Shown here: positions 11,780-26,500 of the stretch, piece after piece
How positions within the stretch are numbered: the first letter of the stretch is position 1
Layout: each line of letters begins with the position of its first letter
Translations under genes and position numbers: made by a program
The notes under the pieces: generated by a model
Seen by the model: the letters and a program-made list of their open reading frames with translations, nothing else
What the model was told of the DNA's origin: nothing
The model's database searches: none
Source of the DNA: Eledone cirrhosa
Lineage: Eukaryota
Length of the DNA stretch: 64,000 nt
Assembly (NCBI GenBank): GCA_964016885.1
Contig: OZ024742.1
Location: forward strand, 367,598,001-367,662,000
Reading direction: 5' to 3'

Positions 11780-14700
11780 GTGATCACTCATGGTCGAATG
11801 TTCGATTGGGAAACCAGCTGGTTCTATCTGGTCCTTTATCATTTGGTGATCACTCATGGTCAAATGTTCGATTGGAAAACCAGCTGGTTCTATCTGGTCC
11901 TGAATCATTTGGTGATCACTCATGGTCGAATGTTCGATTGGGAAACCAGCTGGTTTTATCTGGTCCTGTATCAATTGGTGATCACTCATGGTCGAACGTT
12001 CGATTGGAAAACCAGCTGGTTTTATCTGGTCCTGTATCATTTGGTGATCACTCATGGTCGAATGTTCGATTGGGAAACCAGCTGGTTTTATCTGGTCCTG
12101 TATCATTTGGTGATCACTCATGGTCGAATGTTCGATTGGGAAACCAGCTGGTTTTATGAGGTCCTGTATCATTTGGTGATCACTAATGGTCGAATGTTCG
12201 ATTGGGAAACCAGCTGGTTTTATCTGGTCCTGTATCATTTGGTGATCACTATTGGTCGAATGTTCGATTGGGAAACCAGCTGGTTTTATGTGGTCCTGTA
12301 TCATTTGGTGATCACTCATGGTCAAATGTTCGATTGGAAAACCAGATGGTTTTATCTAGTCTTGTATCATTTGGTGATCACTCATGGGCGAATGTTCGAT
12401 TGGGAAACCAGCTGGTTTTATCTGGTCCTGTATCATTTTGTGATCACTCATGGTCGAATGTTCGATTGGAAAACCAGCTGGTTCGATCTGGTCCTGTATC
12501 ATTTGGTGATCACTCATGGTCGAATGTTCGATTGGGAAACCAGCTGGTTTTATCTGGTCCTGTATCAATTGGTGATCACTCATGGTCGAATGTTCGATTG
12601 GGAAACCAGCTGGTTCTATCTGGTCCTGTATCATTTGGTGATCACTCATGGTCAAATGTTCGATTGGAAAACCAGCTGGTTCTATCTGGTCCTGAATCAT
12701 TTGGTGATCACTCATGGTCGAATGTTCGATTGGGAAACCAGCTGGTTTTATCTGGTCCTGTATCAATTGGTGATCACTCATGATCGAACGTTCGATTGGA
12801 AAACCAGCTGGTTTTATCTGGTCCTGTATCATTTGGTGATCACTCATGGTCGAATGTTCGATTGGGAAACCAGCTGGTTTTATCTGGTCCTGTATCATTT
12901 GGTGATCACTCATGGTCGAATGTTCGATTGGGAAACCAGCTGGTTTTATGTGGTCCTGTATCATTTGGTGATCACTAATGGTCGAATGTTCGATTGGGAA
13001 ACCAGCTGGTTTTATCTGGTCCTGTATCATTTGGTGATCACTAATGGTCGAATGTTCGATTGGGAAACCAGCTGGTTTTATCTGGTCCTGTGTCATTTGG
13101 TGATCACTCATGGTCGAATGTTCGATTGTGAAACCAGCTGGTTTTATCTGGTCCTGTATCATTTGGTGATCACTCATGGTCGAATGTTCTATTGGGAAAC
13201 CAGCTGGTTTTATGTGGTCCTGTATCATTTGGTGATCACTAATGGTCGAATGTTCGATTGGGAAACCAGCTGGTTTTATCTGGTCCTGTGTCATTTGGTG
13301 ATCACTAATGGTCGAATGTTCGATTGGGAAACTAGCTGGTTTTATCTGGTCCTGTATCATTTGGTGATCACTCATGGTCGAATGTTCGATTGGGAAACCA
13401 GCTGGTTTTATCTGGTCCTGTATCATTTGGTGATCACTAATGGTCGAATGTTCGATTGGGAAACTAGCTGGTTTTATCTGGTCCTGTATCATTTGGTTAT
13501 CACTGATGGTCGAATGTTCGATTGGGAAACCAGCTGGTTTTATCTGGTCCTGTATCATTTGGTGATCACTCATGGTCGAATGTTCGATTGGGAAACCAGC
13601 TGGTTTTATCTGGTCCTGTATCATTTGGTGATCACTCATGGTCGACTGTTCGATTGGAAAACCAGCTGGTTTTATCTGGTCCTGTATCATTTGGTGATCA
13701 CTTAGGGTCGAATGTTCGATTGGGAAACCAGCTGGTTTTATATGGTCCTGTATCATTTGGTGATCACTCATGGTCGAATGTTCGATTGGTAAACCAGCTG
13801 GTTTTATCTGGTCCTGTATCATTTGGTGATCACTCATGGTCGAATGTTCGATTGGGAAACCAGCTGGTTTTATCTGGTCCTGTATCATTTGGTGATCACT
13901 CATGGTCGAATGTTCGATTGGGAAACCAGCTGGTTTTATCTGGTCCTGTATCATTTGGTGATCACTCATGGTCGAATGTTCGATTGGAAAACCAGCTGGT
14001 TTTATCTGGTCCTGTGTCATTTGGTGATCACTAATGGATGAATGTTCGATTGGGAAACCAGCTGGTTTTATCTGGTCCTGTATCATTCGGTGATCACTCA
14101 TGGTCGAATGTTCGATTGGGAAACCAGCTGGTTTTATCTGGTCCTGTATCATTTGGTGATCACTCATGGTCGAATGTTAGATTGGGAAACGAGCTGGTTT
14201 TATCTGGTCCTGTATCATTTGGTGATCACTCATGGTCGAACGTTCGATTGGGAAACCAGCTGGTTTTATCTGGTCCTGTATCATTTGGTGAGCACTATTG
14301 GTCGAATGTTCGATTGGGAAACCAGCTGGTTTTATGTGGTCCTGTATCATTTGGTGATCACTAATGGTCGAATGTTCGATTGGGAAACCAGCTGGTTTTA
14401 TCTGGTCCTGTATCATTTGGTGATCACTAATGGTCGAATGTTCTATTGGGAAACCAGCTTGTTTTATGTGGTCCTGTATCATTTGGTGATCACTAATGGT
14501 CGAATGTTCGATTGGGAAACCAGCTGGTTTTATCTAGTCCTGTGTCATTTGGTGATCACTCATGGTCGAATGTTCGATTGGGAAACCAGCTGGTTTTATC
14601 TGGTCCTGTATCATTTGGTGATCACTCATGGTCGAATGTTCGATTGGGAAACCAGCTGGTTCTATCTGGTCCTTTATCATTTGGTGATCACTCATGGTCA

Positions 14701-17700
14701 AATGTTCGATTGGAAAACCAGCTGGTTCTATCTGGTCCTGAATCATTTGGTGATCACTCATGGTCGAATGTTCGATTGGGAAACCAGCTGGTTTTATCTG
14801 GTCCTGTATCAATTGGTGATCACTCATGGTCGAACGTTCGATTGGAAAACCAGCTGGTTTTATCTGGTCCTGTATCATTTGGTGATCACTCATGGTCGAA
14901 TGTTCGATTGGGAAACCAGCTGGTTTTATCTGGTCCTGTATCATTTGGTGATCACTCATGGTCGAATGTTCGATTGGGAAACCAGCTGGTTTTATGAGGT
15001 CCTGTATCATTTGGTGATCACTAATGGTCGAATGTTCGATTGGGAAACCAGCTGGTTTTATCTGGTCCTGTATCATTTGGTGATCACTATTGGTCGAATG
15101 TTCGATTGGGAAACCAGCTGGTTTTATGTGGTCCTGTATCATTTGGTGATCACTCATGGTCAAATGTTCGATTGGAAAACCAGCTGGTTTTATCTAGTCT
15201 TGTATCATTTGGTGATCACTCATGGGCGAATGTTCGATTGGGAAACCAGCTGGTTTTATCTGGTCCTGTATCATTTTGTGATCACTCATGGTCGAATGTT
15301 CGATTGGAAAACCAGCTGGTTCGATCTGGTCCTGTATCATTTGGTGATCACTCATGGTCGAATGTTCGATTGGGAAACCAGCTGGTTTTATCTGGTCCTG
15401 TATCAATTGGTGATCACTCATGGTCGAATGTTCGATTGGGAAACCAGCTGGTTCTATCTGGTCCTGTATCATTTGGTGATCACTCATGGTCAAATGTTCG
15501 ATTGGAAAACCAGCTGGTTCTATCTGGTCCTGAATCATTTGGTGATCACTCATGGTCGAATGTTCGATTGGGAAACCAGCTGGTTTTATCTGGTCCTGTA
15601 TCAATTGGTGATCACTCATGATCGAACGTTCGATTGGAAAACCAGCTGGTTTTATCTGGTCCTGTATCATTTGGTGATCACTCATGGTCGAATGTTAGAT
15701 TGGGAAACCAGCTGGTTTTATCTGGTCCTGTATCATTTGGTGATCACTCATGGTCGAATGTTCGATTGGGAAACCAGCTGGTTTTATGTGGTCCTGTATC
15801 ATTTGGTGATCACTAATGGTCGAATGTTCGATTGGGAAACCAGCTGGTTTTATCTGGTCCTGTATCATTTGGTGATCACTAATGGTCGAATGTTCGATTG
15901 GGAAACCAGCTGGTTTTATCTGGTCCTGTGTCATTTGGTGATCACTCATGGTCGAATGTTCGATTGTGAAACCAGCTGGTTTTATCTGGTCCTGTATCAT
16001 TTGGTGATCACTCATGGTCGAATGTTCTATTGGGAAACCAGCTGGTTTTATGTGGTCCTGTATCATTTGGTGATCACTAATGGTCGAATGTTCGATTGGG
16101 AAACCAGCTGGTTTTATCTGGTCCTGTGTCATTTGGTGATCACTAATGGTCGAATGTTCGATTGGGAAACTAGCTGGTTTTATCTGGTCCTGTATCATTT
16201 GGTGATCACTCATGGTCGAATGTTCGATTGGGAAACCAGCTGGTTTTATCTGGTCCTGTATCATTTGGTGATCACTAATGGTCGAATGTTCGATTGGGAA
16301 ACTAGCTGGTTTTATCTGGTCCTGTATCATTTGGTTATCACTGATGGTCGAATGTTCGATTGGGAAACCAGCTGGTTTTATCTGGTCCTGTATCATTTGG
16401 TGATCACTCATGGTCGAATGTTCGATTGGGAAACCAGCTGGTTTTATCTGGTCCTGTATCATTTGGTGATCACTCATGGTCGACTGTTCGATTGGAAAAC
16501 CAGCTGGTTTTATCTGGTCCTGTATCATTTGGTGATCACTTAGGGTCGAATGTTCGATTGGGAAACCAGCTGGTTTTATATGGTCCTGTATCATTTGGTG
16601 ATCACTCATGGTCGAATGTTCGATTGGTAAACCAGCTGGTTTTATCTGGTCCTGTATCATTTGGTGATCACTCATGGTCGAATGTTCGATTGGGAAACCA
16701 GCTGGTTTTATCTGGTCCTGTATCATTTGGTGATCACTCATGGTCGAATGTTCGATTGGGAAACCAGCTGGTTTTATCTGGTCCTGTATCATTTGGTGAT
16801 CACTCATGGTCGAATGTTCGATTGGAAAACCAGCTGGTTTTATCTGGTCCTGTGTCATTTGGTGATCACTAATGGATGAATGTTCGATTGGGAAACCAGC
16901 TGGTTTTATCTGGTCCTGTATCATTCGGTGATCACTCATGGTCGAATGTTCGATTGGGAAACCAGCTGGTTTTATCTGGTCCTGTATCATTTGGTGATCA
17001 CTCATGGTCGAATGTTCGATTGGAAAACCAGCTGGTTTTATCTGGTCCTGTGTCATTTGGTGATCACTAATGGATGAATGTTCGATTGGGAAACCAGCTG
17101 GTTTTATCTGGTCCTGTATCATTCGGTGATCACTCATGGTCGAATGTTCGATTGGGAAACCAGCTGGTTTTATCTGGTCCTGTATCATTTGGTGATCACT
17201 CATGGTCGAATGTTAGATTGGGAAACGAGCTGGTTTTATCTGGTCCTGTATCATTTGGTGATCACTCATGGTCGAACGTTCGATTGGGAAACCAGCTGGT
17301 TTTATCTGGTCCTGTATCATTTGGTGAGCACTATTGGTCGAATGTTCGATTGGGAAACCAGCTGGTTTTATGTGGTCCTGTATCATTTGGTGATCACTAA
17401 TGGTCGAATGTTCGATTGGGAAACCAGCTGGTTTTATCTGGTCCTGTATCATTTGGTGATCACTAATGGTCGAATGTTCTATTGGGAAACCAGCTTGTTT
17501 TATGTGGTCCTGTATCATTTGGTGATCACTAATGGTCGAATGTTCGATTGGGAAACCAGCTGGTTTTATCTAGTCCTGTGTCATTTGGTGATCACTCATG
17601 GTCGAATGTTCGATTGGGAAACCAGCTGGTTTTATCTGGTCCTGTATCATTTGGTGATCACTCATGGTCGAATGTTCGATTGGGAAACCAGCTGGTTCTA

Positions 17701-20500
17701 TCTGGTCCTTTATCATTTGGTGATCACTCATGGTCAAATGTTCGATTGGAAAACCAGCTGGTTCTATCTGGTCCTGAATCATTTGGTGATCACTCATGGT
17801 CGAATGTTCGATTGGGAAACCAGCTGGTTTTATCTGGTCCTGTATCAATTGGTGATCACTCATGGTCGAACGTTCGATTGGAAAACCAGCTGGTTTTATC
17901 TGGTCCTGTATCATTTGGTGATCACTCATGGTCGAATGTTCGATTGGGAAACCAGCTGGTTTTATCTGGTCCTGTATCATTTGGTGATCACTCATGGTCG
18001 AATGTTCGATTGGGAAACCAGCTGGTTTTATGAGGTCCTGTATCATTTGGTGATCACTAATGGTCGAATGTTCGATTGGGAAACCAGCTGGTTTTATCTG
18101 GTCCTGTATCATTTGGTGATCACTATTGGTCGAATGTTCGATTGGGAAACCAGCTGGTTTTATGTGGTCCTGTATCATTTGGTGATCACTCATGGTCAAA
18201 TGTTCGATTGGAAAACCAGCTGGTTTTATCTAGTCTTGTATCATTTGGTGATCACTCATGGGCGAATGTTCGATTGGGAAACCAGCTGGTTTTATCTGGT
18301 CCTGTATCATTTTGTGATCACTCATGGTCGAATGTTCGATTGGAAAACCAGCTGGTTCGATCTGGTCCTGTATCATTTGGTGATCACTCATGGTCGAATG
18401 TTCGATTGGGAAACCAGCTGGTTTTATCTGGTCCTGTATCAATTGGTGATCACTCATGGTCGAATGTTCGATTGGGAAACCAGCTGGTTCTATCTGGTCC
18501 TGTATCATTTGGTGATCACTCATGGTCAAATGTTCGATTGGAAAACCAGCTGGTTCTATCTGGTCCTGAATCATTTGGTGATCACTCATGGTCGAATGTT
18601 CGATTGGGAAACCAGCTGGTTTTATCTGGTCCTGTATCAATTGGTGATCACTCATGATCGAACGTTCGATTGGAAAACCAGCTGGTTTTATCTGGTCCTG
18701 TATCATTTGGTGATCACTCATGGTCGAATGTTAGATTGGGAAACCAGCTGGTTTTATCTGGTCCTGTATCATTTGGTGATCACTCATGGTCGAATGTTCG
18801 ATTGGGAAACCAGCTGGTTTTATGTGGTCCTGTATCATTTGGTGATCACTAATGGTCGAATGTTCGATTGGGAAACCAGCTGGTTTTATCTGGTCCTGTA
18901 TCATTTGGTGATCACTAATGGTCGAATGTTCGATTGGGAAACCAGCTGGTTTTATCTGGTCCTGTGTCATTTGGTGATCACTCATGGTCGAATGTTCGAT
19001 TGTGAAACCAGCTGGTTTTATCTGGTCCTGTATCATTTGGTGATCACTCATGGTCGAATGTTCTATTGGGAAACCAGCTGGTTTTATGTGGTCCTGTATC
19101 ATTTGGTGATCACTAATGGTCGAATGTTCGATTGGGAAACCAGCTGGTTTTATCTGGTCCTGTGTCATTTGGTGATCACTAATGGTCGAATGTTCGATTG
19201 GGAAACTAGCTGGTTTTATCTGGTCCTGTATCATTTGGTGATCACTCATGGTCGAATGTTCGATTGGGAAACCAGCTGGTTTTATCTGGTCCTGTATCAT
19301 TTGGTGATCACTAATGGTCGAATGTTCGATTGGGAAACTAGCTGGTTTTATCTGGTCCTGTATCATTTGGTTATCACTGATGGTCGAATGTTCGATTGGG
19401 AAACCAGCTGGTTTTATCTGGTCCTGTATCATTTGGTGATCACTCATGGTCGAATGTTCGATTGGGAAACCAGCTGGTTTTATCTGGTCCTGTATCATTT
19501 GGTGATCACTCATGGTCGACTGTTCGATTGGAAAACCAGCTGGTTTTATCTGGTCCTGTATCATTTGGTGATCACTTAGGGTCGAATGTTCGATTGGGAA
19601 ACCAGCTGGTTTTATATGGTCCTGTATCATTTGGTGATCACTCATGGTCGAATGTTCGATTGGTAAACCAGCTGGTTTTATCTGGTCCTGTATCATTTGG
19701 TGATCACTCATGGTCGAATGTTCGATTGGGAAACCAGCTGGTTTTATCTGGTCCTGTATCATTTGGTGATCACTCATGGTCGAATGTTCGATTGGGAAAC
19801 CAGCTGGTTTTATCTGGTCCTGTATCATTTGGTGATCACTCATGGTCGAATGTTCGATTGGAAAACCAGCTGGTTTTATCTGGTCCTGTGTCATTTGGTG
19901 ATCACTAATGGATGAATGTTCGATTGGGAAACCAGCTGGTTTTATCTGGTCCTGTATCATTCGGTGATCACTCATGGTCGAATGTTCGATTGGGAAACCA
20001 GCTGGTTTTATCTGGTCCTGTATCATTTGGTGATCACTCATGGTCGAATGTTAGATTGGGAAACGAGCTGGTTTTATCTGGTCCTGTATCATTTGGTGAT
20101 CACTCATGGTCGAATGTTCGATTGGGAAACCAGCTGGTTTTATCTGGTCCTGTATCATTTGGTGAGCACTATTGGTCGAATGTTCGATTGGGAAACCAGC
20201 TGGTTTTATGTGGTCCTGTATCATTTGGTGATCACTAATGGTCGAATGTTCGATTGGGAAACCAGCTGGTTTTATCTGGTCCTGTATCATTTGGTGATCA
20301 CTAATGGTCGAATGTTCTATTGGGAAACCAGCTTGTTTTATGTGGTCCTGTATCATTTGGTGATCACTAATGGTCGAATGTTCGATTGGGAAACCAGCTG
20401 GTTTTATCTAGTCCTGTGTCATTTGGTGATCACTCATGGTCGAATGTTCGATTGGGAAACCAGCTGGTTTTATCTGGTCCTGTATCATTTGGTGATCACT
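11780..20500. repeat. Three-copy higher-order repeat, units of 2838 bp (43 monomers) and 3036 bp (46 monomers)
   Basis: TTATGAGGTCC is at 12158, 14996 and 18032 (offsets 2838 and 3036). ORF ends fall at 13705, 16543 and 19579. ORFs 14042..16543 and 17078..19579 are the same 833-aa string. The 198-bp difference is a 3-monomer duplication (GGATGAATG unit at 16876/17074). Confidence 0.93.
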
Positions 20501-23500
20501 CATGGTCGAATGTTCTATTGGGAAATCAGCTGGTTTTATGTGGTCCTGTATCATTTGGTGATCACTAATGGTCGAATGTTCGATTGGGAAACCAGCTGGT
20601 TTTATCTGGTCCTGTATCATTTGGTGATCACTAATGGTCGAATGTTCGATTGGGAAACTAGCTGGTTTTATCTGGTCCTGTATCATTTGGTTATCACTGA
20701 TGGTCGAATGTTCGATTGGGAAACCAGCTGGTTTTATCTGGTCCTGTATCATTTGGTGATCACTCATGGTCGAATGTTCGATTGGGAAACCAGCTGGTTT
20801 TATCTGGTCCTGTATCATTTGGTGATCACACATGGTCGACTGTTCGATTGGAAAACCAGCTGGTTTTATCTGGTCCTGTATCATTTGGTGATCACTTAGG
20901 GTCGAATGTTCGATTGGGAAACCAGCTGGTTTTATATGGTCCTGTATCATTTGGTGATCACTCATGGTCGAATGTTCGATTGGTAAACCAGCTGGTTCTA
21001 TCTGGTCCTGTATCATTTGGTGATCACTCATGGTCGAATGTTCGATTGGGAAACCAGCTGGTTTTATCTGGTCCTGTATCATTTGGTGATCACTCATGGT
21101 CGAATGTTCGATTGGGAAACCAGCTGGTTTTATCTGGTCCTGTATCATTTGGTGATCACTCATGGTCGAATGTTCGATTGGGAAACCAGCTGGTTTTATC
21201 TGGTCCTGTATCATTTGGTGATCACTCATGGTCGAATGTTAGATTGGGAAACGAGCTGGTTTTATCTGGTCCTGTATCATTTGGTGAGCACTATTGGTCG
21301 AATGTTCGATTGGAAAACCAGCTGGTTTTATCTGGTCCTATAACATTTGGTGATCACTCATGGTCGAATGTTCGATTGGGAAACCAGCTGGTTTTATCTG
21401 GTCCTGTATCATTTGGTGATCACTCATGGTCGAATGTTCGATTGCTAAACCAGCTGGTTTTATCTGGTCCTCTATCATTTGTTGATCACTAATGGTCGAA
21501 TGTTCGATTGGGAAACCAGCTAGTTTTATCTGGTCCTGTATCATTTGGTGATCACTCATGGTCGAATGTTCGATTGGGAAACCAGCTGGTTTTATCGTGT
21601 CCTGTATCATTTGGTGATCACTAATGGTCGAATGTTCGATTGGGAAACCAGCTGGTTTTATCTGGTCCTGTATCATTAGGTGATCACTATTGGTCAAATG
21701 TTCGATTGGGAAACCAGCTGGTTTTATCTGGTCCTGTATCATTTGGTGATCACTCATGGTCGAATGTTCGATTGGAAAACCAGCTGGTTTTAGCTGGTCC
21801 TGTATCATTTGCTGATCACTCATGGTCGAATGTTCGATTGGGAAACCAGCTGGTTTTATCTGGTCCTGTATCATTTGGTGATCATTAATGGTCGAATGTT
21901 CTATTGGGAAACCAGCTGGTTTTATGTGGTCCTGTATCATTTGGTGATCACTAATGGTCGAATGTTCGATTGTGAAACCAGCTGGTTTTATCTGGTCCTG
22001 TGTCATTTGGTGATCACTCATGGTCGAATGTTCGATTGTGAAACCAACTGGTTTTATCTGGTCCTGTATCATTTGGTGATCACTCATGGTCGAACGTTCG
22101 ATTGGAAAACCAGCTGGTTTTATCTGGTCCTGTATCATTTGGTGATCACTCATGGTCGAATGTTCGATTGGGAAACCAGCTGGTTTTATCTGGTCCTGTA
22201 TCATTTGGTGATCACTATTGGTCGAATGTTCGATTGGGAAACCAGCTGGTTTTATCTGGTCCTGTATCATTTGGTGATCACTCTTGGTCGAATATTCGAT
22301 TGGAAAACCAGCTGGTTTTATCTGGTCCTGTATCATTTTCTGATCACTCATGGTCGTATGTTCGATTGGGAAACCAGCTGGTTTTATCTGGTCCTGTATC
22401 ATTTGGTGATTACTCATGGTCGAATGTTCGATTGGGAAACCAGCTGGTTTTATCTGGTCCTGTATCATTTGCTGATCACTCATGGTCGAATGTTCGATTG
22501 GGAAACCAGCTGGTTTTATCTGGTCCTGTATCATTTGGTTATCACTATTGGTCGAATGTTCGATTGGAAAACCAGCTGGTTTTATCTGGTCCTATAACAT
22601 TTGGTGATCACTCATGCTCGAATGTTCGATTGGGAAACCAGCTGGTTTTATCTGGTCCTGTATCATTTGGTGATCACTCATGGTCGAATGTTCGATTGGA
22701 AAACCAGCGTGTTTTATCTGGTCCTGTATCATTTGGTTATCACTGATGTTCGAATGTTCGATTGGGAAACCAGCTGGTTTTATCTGGTCCTGTATCATTT
22801 GGTGATCACTCATGGTCGAATGTTCGATTGGGAAACCAGCTGGTTTTATCTGGTCCTGTATCATTTGGTGATCACTCATGGTCGAATGTTCGATTGGAAA
22901 ACCAGCTGGTTTTATCTGGTCCTGTATCATTTGGTGATCACTCATGGACGAATGTTCGATTGGGAAACCAGCTGGTTTTATCTGGTCCTGTATCATTTGG
23001 TGATCACTCATGGTCGAATGTTCGATTGGGAAACCAGCTGGTTTTATCTGGTCCTGTATCATTTGGTGATCACTCATGGTCGAATGTTAGATTGGGAAAC
23101 GAGCTGGTTTTATCTGGTCCTGTATCATTTGGTGATCACTCATGGTCGAATGTTCGATTGGAAAACCAGCTGGTTTTATCTGGTCCTATAACATTTGGTG
23201 ATCACTCATGCTCGAATGTTCGATTGGGAAACCAGCTGGTTTTATCTGGTCCTGTATCATTTGGTGATCACTCATGGTCGAATGTTCGATTGAAAAACCA
23301 GCGTGTTTTATCTGGTCCTGTATCATTTGGTGATCACTCATGGTCGAATGTTCAATTGCTAAACCAGCTGGTTTTATATGGTCCTCTATCATTTGTTGAT
23401 CACTAATGGTCGAATGTTCGATTGGGAAACCAGCTAGTTTTATCTGGTCCTGTATCATTTGGTGATCACTCATGGTCGAATGTTCGATTGGGAAACCAGC

Positions 23501-26500
23501 TGGTTTTATCTGGTCCTGTATCATTTGGTCATCACTAATGGTCGAATGTTCGATTGGGAAACCAGCTGGTTTTATCTAGTCCTGTATCATTTGGTGATCA
23601 CTATTGGTCAAATGTTCGATTGGGAAACCAGCTGGTTTTATCTGGTCCTGTATCATTTGGTGATCACTAATGGTCGAATGTTCGATTGGGAAACCAGCTG
23701 GTTTTATCTGGTCCTGTATCATTTGGTGATCACTATTGGTCAAATGTTCGATTGGGAAACCAGCTGGTTTTATCTGGTCCTGTATCATTTGGTGATCACT
23801 GATGGTCGAATGTTCCATTGGGAAACCAGCTGGTTTTATCTGGTCCTGTATCATTTGGTGATCACTCATGGTCGAATGTTCGATTGGAAAACCAGCTGGT
23901 TTTATCTGGTCCTGTATCATTTGGTGATCACTCATGGTCGAATGTTCGATTGGGAAACCAGCTGGTTTTATCTGGTCCTGTATCATTTGGTGATCACTCA
24001 TGGTCGAATGTTCGATTGGGAAACCAGCTGGTTTTATCTGGTCCTGTAACATTTGGTGATCACTATTGGTCAAATGTTCGATTGGAAAACCAGCTGGTTT
24101 TATCTGGTCTTGTATCATTTGGTGATCACTCATGGGCGAATGTTCGATTGGGAAACCAGCTGGTTTTATCTGGTCTTGTATCATTTGGTGATCACTCATG
24201 GTCGAATGTTCGATTGGGAAACCAGCTGGTTTTATCTGGTCCTGTATCATTTGGTGAGCACTATTGGTCGAATGTTCGATTGGGAAACCAGCTGGTTTTA
24301 TGTGGTCCTGTATCATTTGGTGATCACTAATGGTCGAATGTTCGATTGGGAAACCAGCTGGTTTTATCTGGTCCTGTATCATTTGGTGATCACTAATGGT
24401 CGAATGTTCTATTGGGAAACCAGCTTGTTTTATGTGGTCCTGTATCATTTGGTGATCCCTAATGGTCGAATGTTCGATTGGGAAACCAGCTGGTTTTATC
24501 TAGTCCTGTGTCATTTGGTGATCACTCATGGTCGAATGTTCGATTGGGAAACCAGCTGGTTTTATCTGGTCCTGTATCATTTGGTGATCACTCATGGTCG
24601 AATGTTCTATTGGGAAATCAGCTGGTTTTATGTGGTCCTGTATCATTTGGTGATCACTAATGGTCGAATGTTCGATTGGGAAACCAGCTGGTTTTATCTG
24701 GTCCTGTATCATTTGGTGATCACTAATGGTCGAATGTTCGATTGGGAAACCAGCTGGTTTTATCTGGTCCTGTATCATTTGGTGATCACTCATGGTCGAA
24801 TGTTCGATTGGGAAACCAGCTGGTTTTATCTGGTCCTGTATCATTTGGTGATCACACATGGTCGACTGTTCGATTGGAAAACCAGCTGGTTTTATCTGGT
24901 CCTGTATCATTTGGTGATCACTTAGGGTCGAATGTTCGATTGGGAAACCAGCTGGTTTTATATGGTCCTGTATCATTTGGTGATCACTCATGGTCGAATG
25001 TTCGATTGGTAAACCAGCTGGTTCTATCTGGTCCTGTATCATTTGGTGATCACTCATGGTCGAATGTTCGATTGGGAAACCAGCTGGTTTTATCTGGTCC
25101 TGTATCATTTGGTGATCACTCATGGTCGAATGTTCGATTGGGAAACCAGCTGGTTTTATCTGGTCCTGTATCATTTGGTGATCACTCATGGTCGAATGTT
25201 CGATTGGGAAACCAGCTGGTTTTATCTGGTCCTGTATCATTTGGTGATCACTCATGGTCGAATGTTAGATTGGGAAACGAGCTGGTTTTATCTGGTCCTG
25301 TATCATTTGGTGAGCACTATTGGTCGAATGTTCGATTGGAAAACCAGCTGGTTTTATCTGGTCCTATAACATTTGGTGATCACTCATGGTCGAATGTTCG
25401 ATTGGGAAACCAGCTGGTTTTATCTGGTCCTGTATCATTTGGTGATCACTCATGGTCGAATGTTCGATTGCTAAACCAGCTGGTTTTATCTGGTCCTCTA
25501 TCATTTGTTGATCACTAATGGTCGAATGTTCGATTGGGAAACCAGCTAGTTTTATCTGGTCCTGTATCATTTGGTGATCACTCATGGTCGAATGTTCGAT
25601 TGGGAAACCAGCTGGTTTTATCGTGTCCTGTATCATTTGGTGATCACTAATGGTCGAATGTTCGATTGGGAAACCAGCTGGTTTTATCTGGTCCTGTATC
25701 ATTAGGTGATCACTATTGGTCAAATGTTCGATTGGGAAACCAGCTGGTTTTATCTGGTCCTGTATCATTTGGTGATCACTCACGGTCGAATGTTCGATTG
25801 GAAAACCAGCTGGTTTTAGCTGGTCCTGTATCATTTGCTGATCACTCATGGTCGAATGTTCGATTGGGAAACCAGCTGGTTTTATCTGGTCCTGTATCAT
25901 TTGGTGATCATTAATGGTCGAATGTTCTATTGGGAAACCAGCTGGTTTTATGTGGTCCTGTATCATTTGGTGATCACTAATGGTCGAATGTTCGATTGTG
26001 AAACCAGCTGGTTTTATCTGGTCCTGTGTCATTTGGTGATCACTCATGGTCGAATGTTCGATTGTGAAACCAACTGGTTTTATCTGGTCCTGTATCATTT
26101 GGTGATCACTCATGGTCGAACGTTCGATTGGAAAACCAGCTGGTTTTATCTGGTCCTGTATCATTTGGTGATCACTCATGGTCGAATGTTCGATTGGGAA
26201 ACCAGCTGGTTTTATCTGGTCCTGTATCATTTGGTGATCACTATTGGTCGAATGTTCGATTGGGAAACCAGCTGGTTTTATCTGGTCCTGTATCATTTGG
26301 TGATCACTCTTGGTCGAATATTCGATTGGAAAACCAGCTGGTTTTATCTGGTCCTGTATCATTTTCTGATCACTCATGGTCGTATGTTCGATTGGGAAAC
26401 CAGCTGGTTTTATCTGGTCCTGTATCATTTGGTGATTACTCATGGTCGAATGTTCGATTGGGAAACCAGCTGGTTTTATCTGGTCCTGTATCATTTGCTG

